Shown here: piece by piece, positions 61,681 to 64,000 of the stretch
How positions within the stretch are numbered: position 1 is the first letter of the stretch
How the letters are laid out: each line of letters begins with the position of its first letter
Assembly: GCA_032718475.1 (NCBI GenBank)
Contig: JAUCBJ010001037.1
Coordinates: forward strand, 29,675 to 93,674
Direction of reading: 5' to 3'
DNA length: 64,000 nucleotides
DNA from: Nemertoderma westbladi
Taxonomy: Eukaryota > Animalia > Xenacoelomorpha
The notes under the pieces: model-generated
What the model was told of the DNA's origin: nothing
The model's input: the letters and a program-made list of their open reading frames with translations, nothing else
Databases searched by the model: none
Translations under genes and position numbers: made by a program

Positions 61681-62267
61681 CAGTTAAAATTAACTAAAGT
61701 CCATTTTTTAAATTATGCTGCAGCTTATTTTTGGCCTTAACTTCACGAGTTTTCATCGTAGGGAGCTGATTTTGATCTCATTCTGTTCGGAATATAATGA
61801 TTTTATTCAAATCCACTTCCAATTTTATAATTTTATTATAGTTTCTCATTCAAAAACGCTGTAAAAAACACATTCCTTTAAAATTATGTTTAAACGTTCG
61901 AGATTTTACACTGTAATAGAGCAATAATTGCTGATTTCAAAAATATATTGGTTTATAGCTTTTTATTTAGAGGCATTCAGTGACATGGACCGGGCCTACC
62001 CCCCCCCCCCCCCCCCCCTAATTTTTCTACAAATCTTAATGAGTAATGAGATTGCATGAAATTTGAAACAGAGATAATTTCACCTTCCTCCTTCTTAGTG
62101 CGTGAGCCAGAATTTTTAATTTTTGCTTTCAATCTTTAGCTACAAGAGTTTGAAAAGGTGTCTCCATCGATATTGCATCATTTACACCGCAGTTATTGTT
62201 CTACCTTATAGTGATTTGTTGGTACTAGTAGAAAGCTGGCCCTGCATGGATTCCAAATGTGTAAAAA

Positions 62268-62577
62268 TATTTGAATTTGGTTGGGCGATAGCTGAGTTAT
62301 GGGTATTTGAATGTAGCATGTATTTGCTTCCGCTGCAAGCCATTTATTATATTTAATAAATATACAATATTCTGGAACATTTTGTTTATCTCATAAGTAG
62401 CTGGGCAACAATGCAATGCCTATATGATAATACTAGTAGGCTTACATGGAAATTCATACATACAAACTGTTCTAGAACATTGTAAATTTATTAAATAGAA
62501 TAAATAGCGTACAGCGTTTGCAAATACAGGCAACATATATCATCCATATCTCAGCTATTTCCAAACCACATTCAAAT
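62268..62577. mobile_element. Palindromic MITE-like element
   Basis: Inverted arms: ATTTGAATTTGGTT..ATAGCTGAG vs CTCAGCTAT..AACCACATTCAAAT; TGTATTTGC vs GCAAATACA; ATTTAATAAAT vs ATTTATTAAAT. Confidence 0.6.
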
Positions 62578-63185
62578 GAATAACGACACTATATTCCAGG
62601 ACGTGGTGTAATTACGTGTAATTACGACACATATTGCATTTGTGGAAGCAGACGGACCATTGTTGTTGGAAATACTTTTTTTTATTATTGACGGATATAA
62701 TACAGTAGAATGAGTATATTGTTAGATATTATTACAAAATATAAGTTTTCATATTATCTCATTTTATCTTATCGCGTTATTTTAATAACTTAGCATAGAT
62801 TATTTACAGCCACAGATTTACAACTGCATGGTATCTCTAACTACTGTATATTCAAACATCCCAAAGAATGTAACCTAAGGCAAAGAGGCAGAACTCAGTG
62901 TCTGTTTACGTGGAAACTTCCCACCATATTTAACAATACACATTGTTGAAACATTATCCGATAGCGATATACATTATTACAGATTATTTTATACATTTGA
63001 GACGTAATTATTGCAATGCCGCTAAATAAATAGCTCTAAACCCATATATTTTTGAAATCAGCAATTATTACACTACAATGAAAAATCTCGAAAGTTGAAA
63101 TATAAATTTTAAAAATATTTCCATATTATAAAATATTGCTCCCCTACACCAATCTTCCAAGACTTTGGTATAACCAAACCATATT

Positions 63186-64000
63186 TGTGACGGGATCCAG
63201 GAGGGATCCCGATTTATCCGATGTGGTATTTAGTCCACGCGTCCCCGCCGTGTATAAGAGTGAAATAAAGATAACTGAGTTCTGAAGTTCGGTGTATAAT
63301 AATAGGTTATAGGATATAGATATATTGTGAATTATACGGTAGGCGGGATACGGTAACTAAAGTCCCGTGATCCCCTAACTAAACTAATTGGCTGTACCCT
63401 ACGCTAGCACTGGTGCACTGAGATAACTGAATCACTGATTAATAGGTTATTGGTTATATTGCACGGTGGCCTTACTGCTACTCAATCGATGCCATTCCCC
63501 CCCTCTTCCCGGTAAGAAGATAGCATCAACCAAAAAAGTGCGTTACAATCCCGCTGGATCCCGATCTAGTATCGGGTGTGGGGTGGAATTCTTTTCTCTA
63601 GGAGCCGGCTTTCCAGGCCGCCCCCTATGGGTATGATAACGCTACCCTGTGTGCCTGGCGTCTCATGTCGGGCCGATCGCGCTCACCTCTTCACACGACC
63701 TTTGTTTCCCCAACACTTTCGCCCTATTTCACCTTCACTTTCACCCTAGTTCCCTCACATTCGGACCTCCCCGTCCCTTACTCAGCCTCTTATTCTCCCC
63801 CCCCCACACTCTAGAATCGCGTCCGCACTCTCTTTGCACTCCACTCTATCACTCCGTCCCTCAACCTCACTTCGGCTGTTTTATCTCTCCTGACGAACCT
63901 CCCCCCCCTCTCGTGCCGTCGCACTCGAGAAGTATGAAATTGTCAGTTGTCTCGTCCATAGTGCCATAGTCAGTTATTCCCCCCAGTCCCACTAGCTAGT
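63186..64000 (-). mobile_element. Possible LTR-element remnant
   Basis: TGTGACG...CGTTACA termini (63186-63547), a minus-strand polypurine tract at about 63497-63512, and purine-rich decayed sequence beyond. No TSD or protein motif seen. Confidence 0.25.

Overview
This is animal (most likely invertebrate) genomic DNA. It is dominated by a 16-exon POP1 gene (RNase P/MRP subunit, + strand, 10198-58789). By my manual splicing all exon phases join and give about 2,560 aa, including a roughly 1,650-aa mostly low-complexity insertion inside the conserved fold. The most striking feature is that two consecutive POP1 introns consist almost entirely of tandem copies of their own exon-end/5' splice-site junction: a 38-bp unit (about 25 copies) and a 43-bp unit (about 600 copies, forming a 28.4-kb intron). 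Each array collapses via a short microhomology to a roughly 60-nt ancestral intron. The window also holds an intronless TNF-superfamily ORF, an intronless XK-related gene nested on the same strand inside a POP1 intron, two 5'-truncated but frame-intact LINEs abutting satellites, a non-autonomous Helitron, MITE-like palindromes, and two separate tandem arrays that both appear derived from the C-terminus of a CRE-type retrotransposon. All calls come from reading the sequence by eye; no searches were run.
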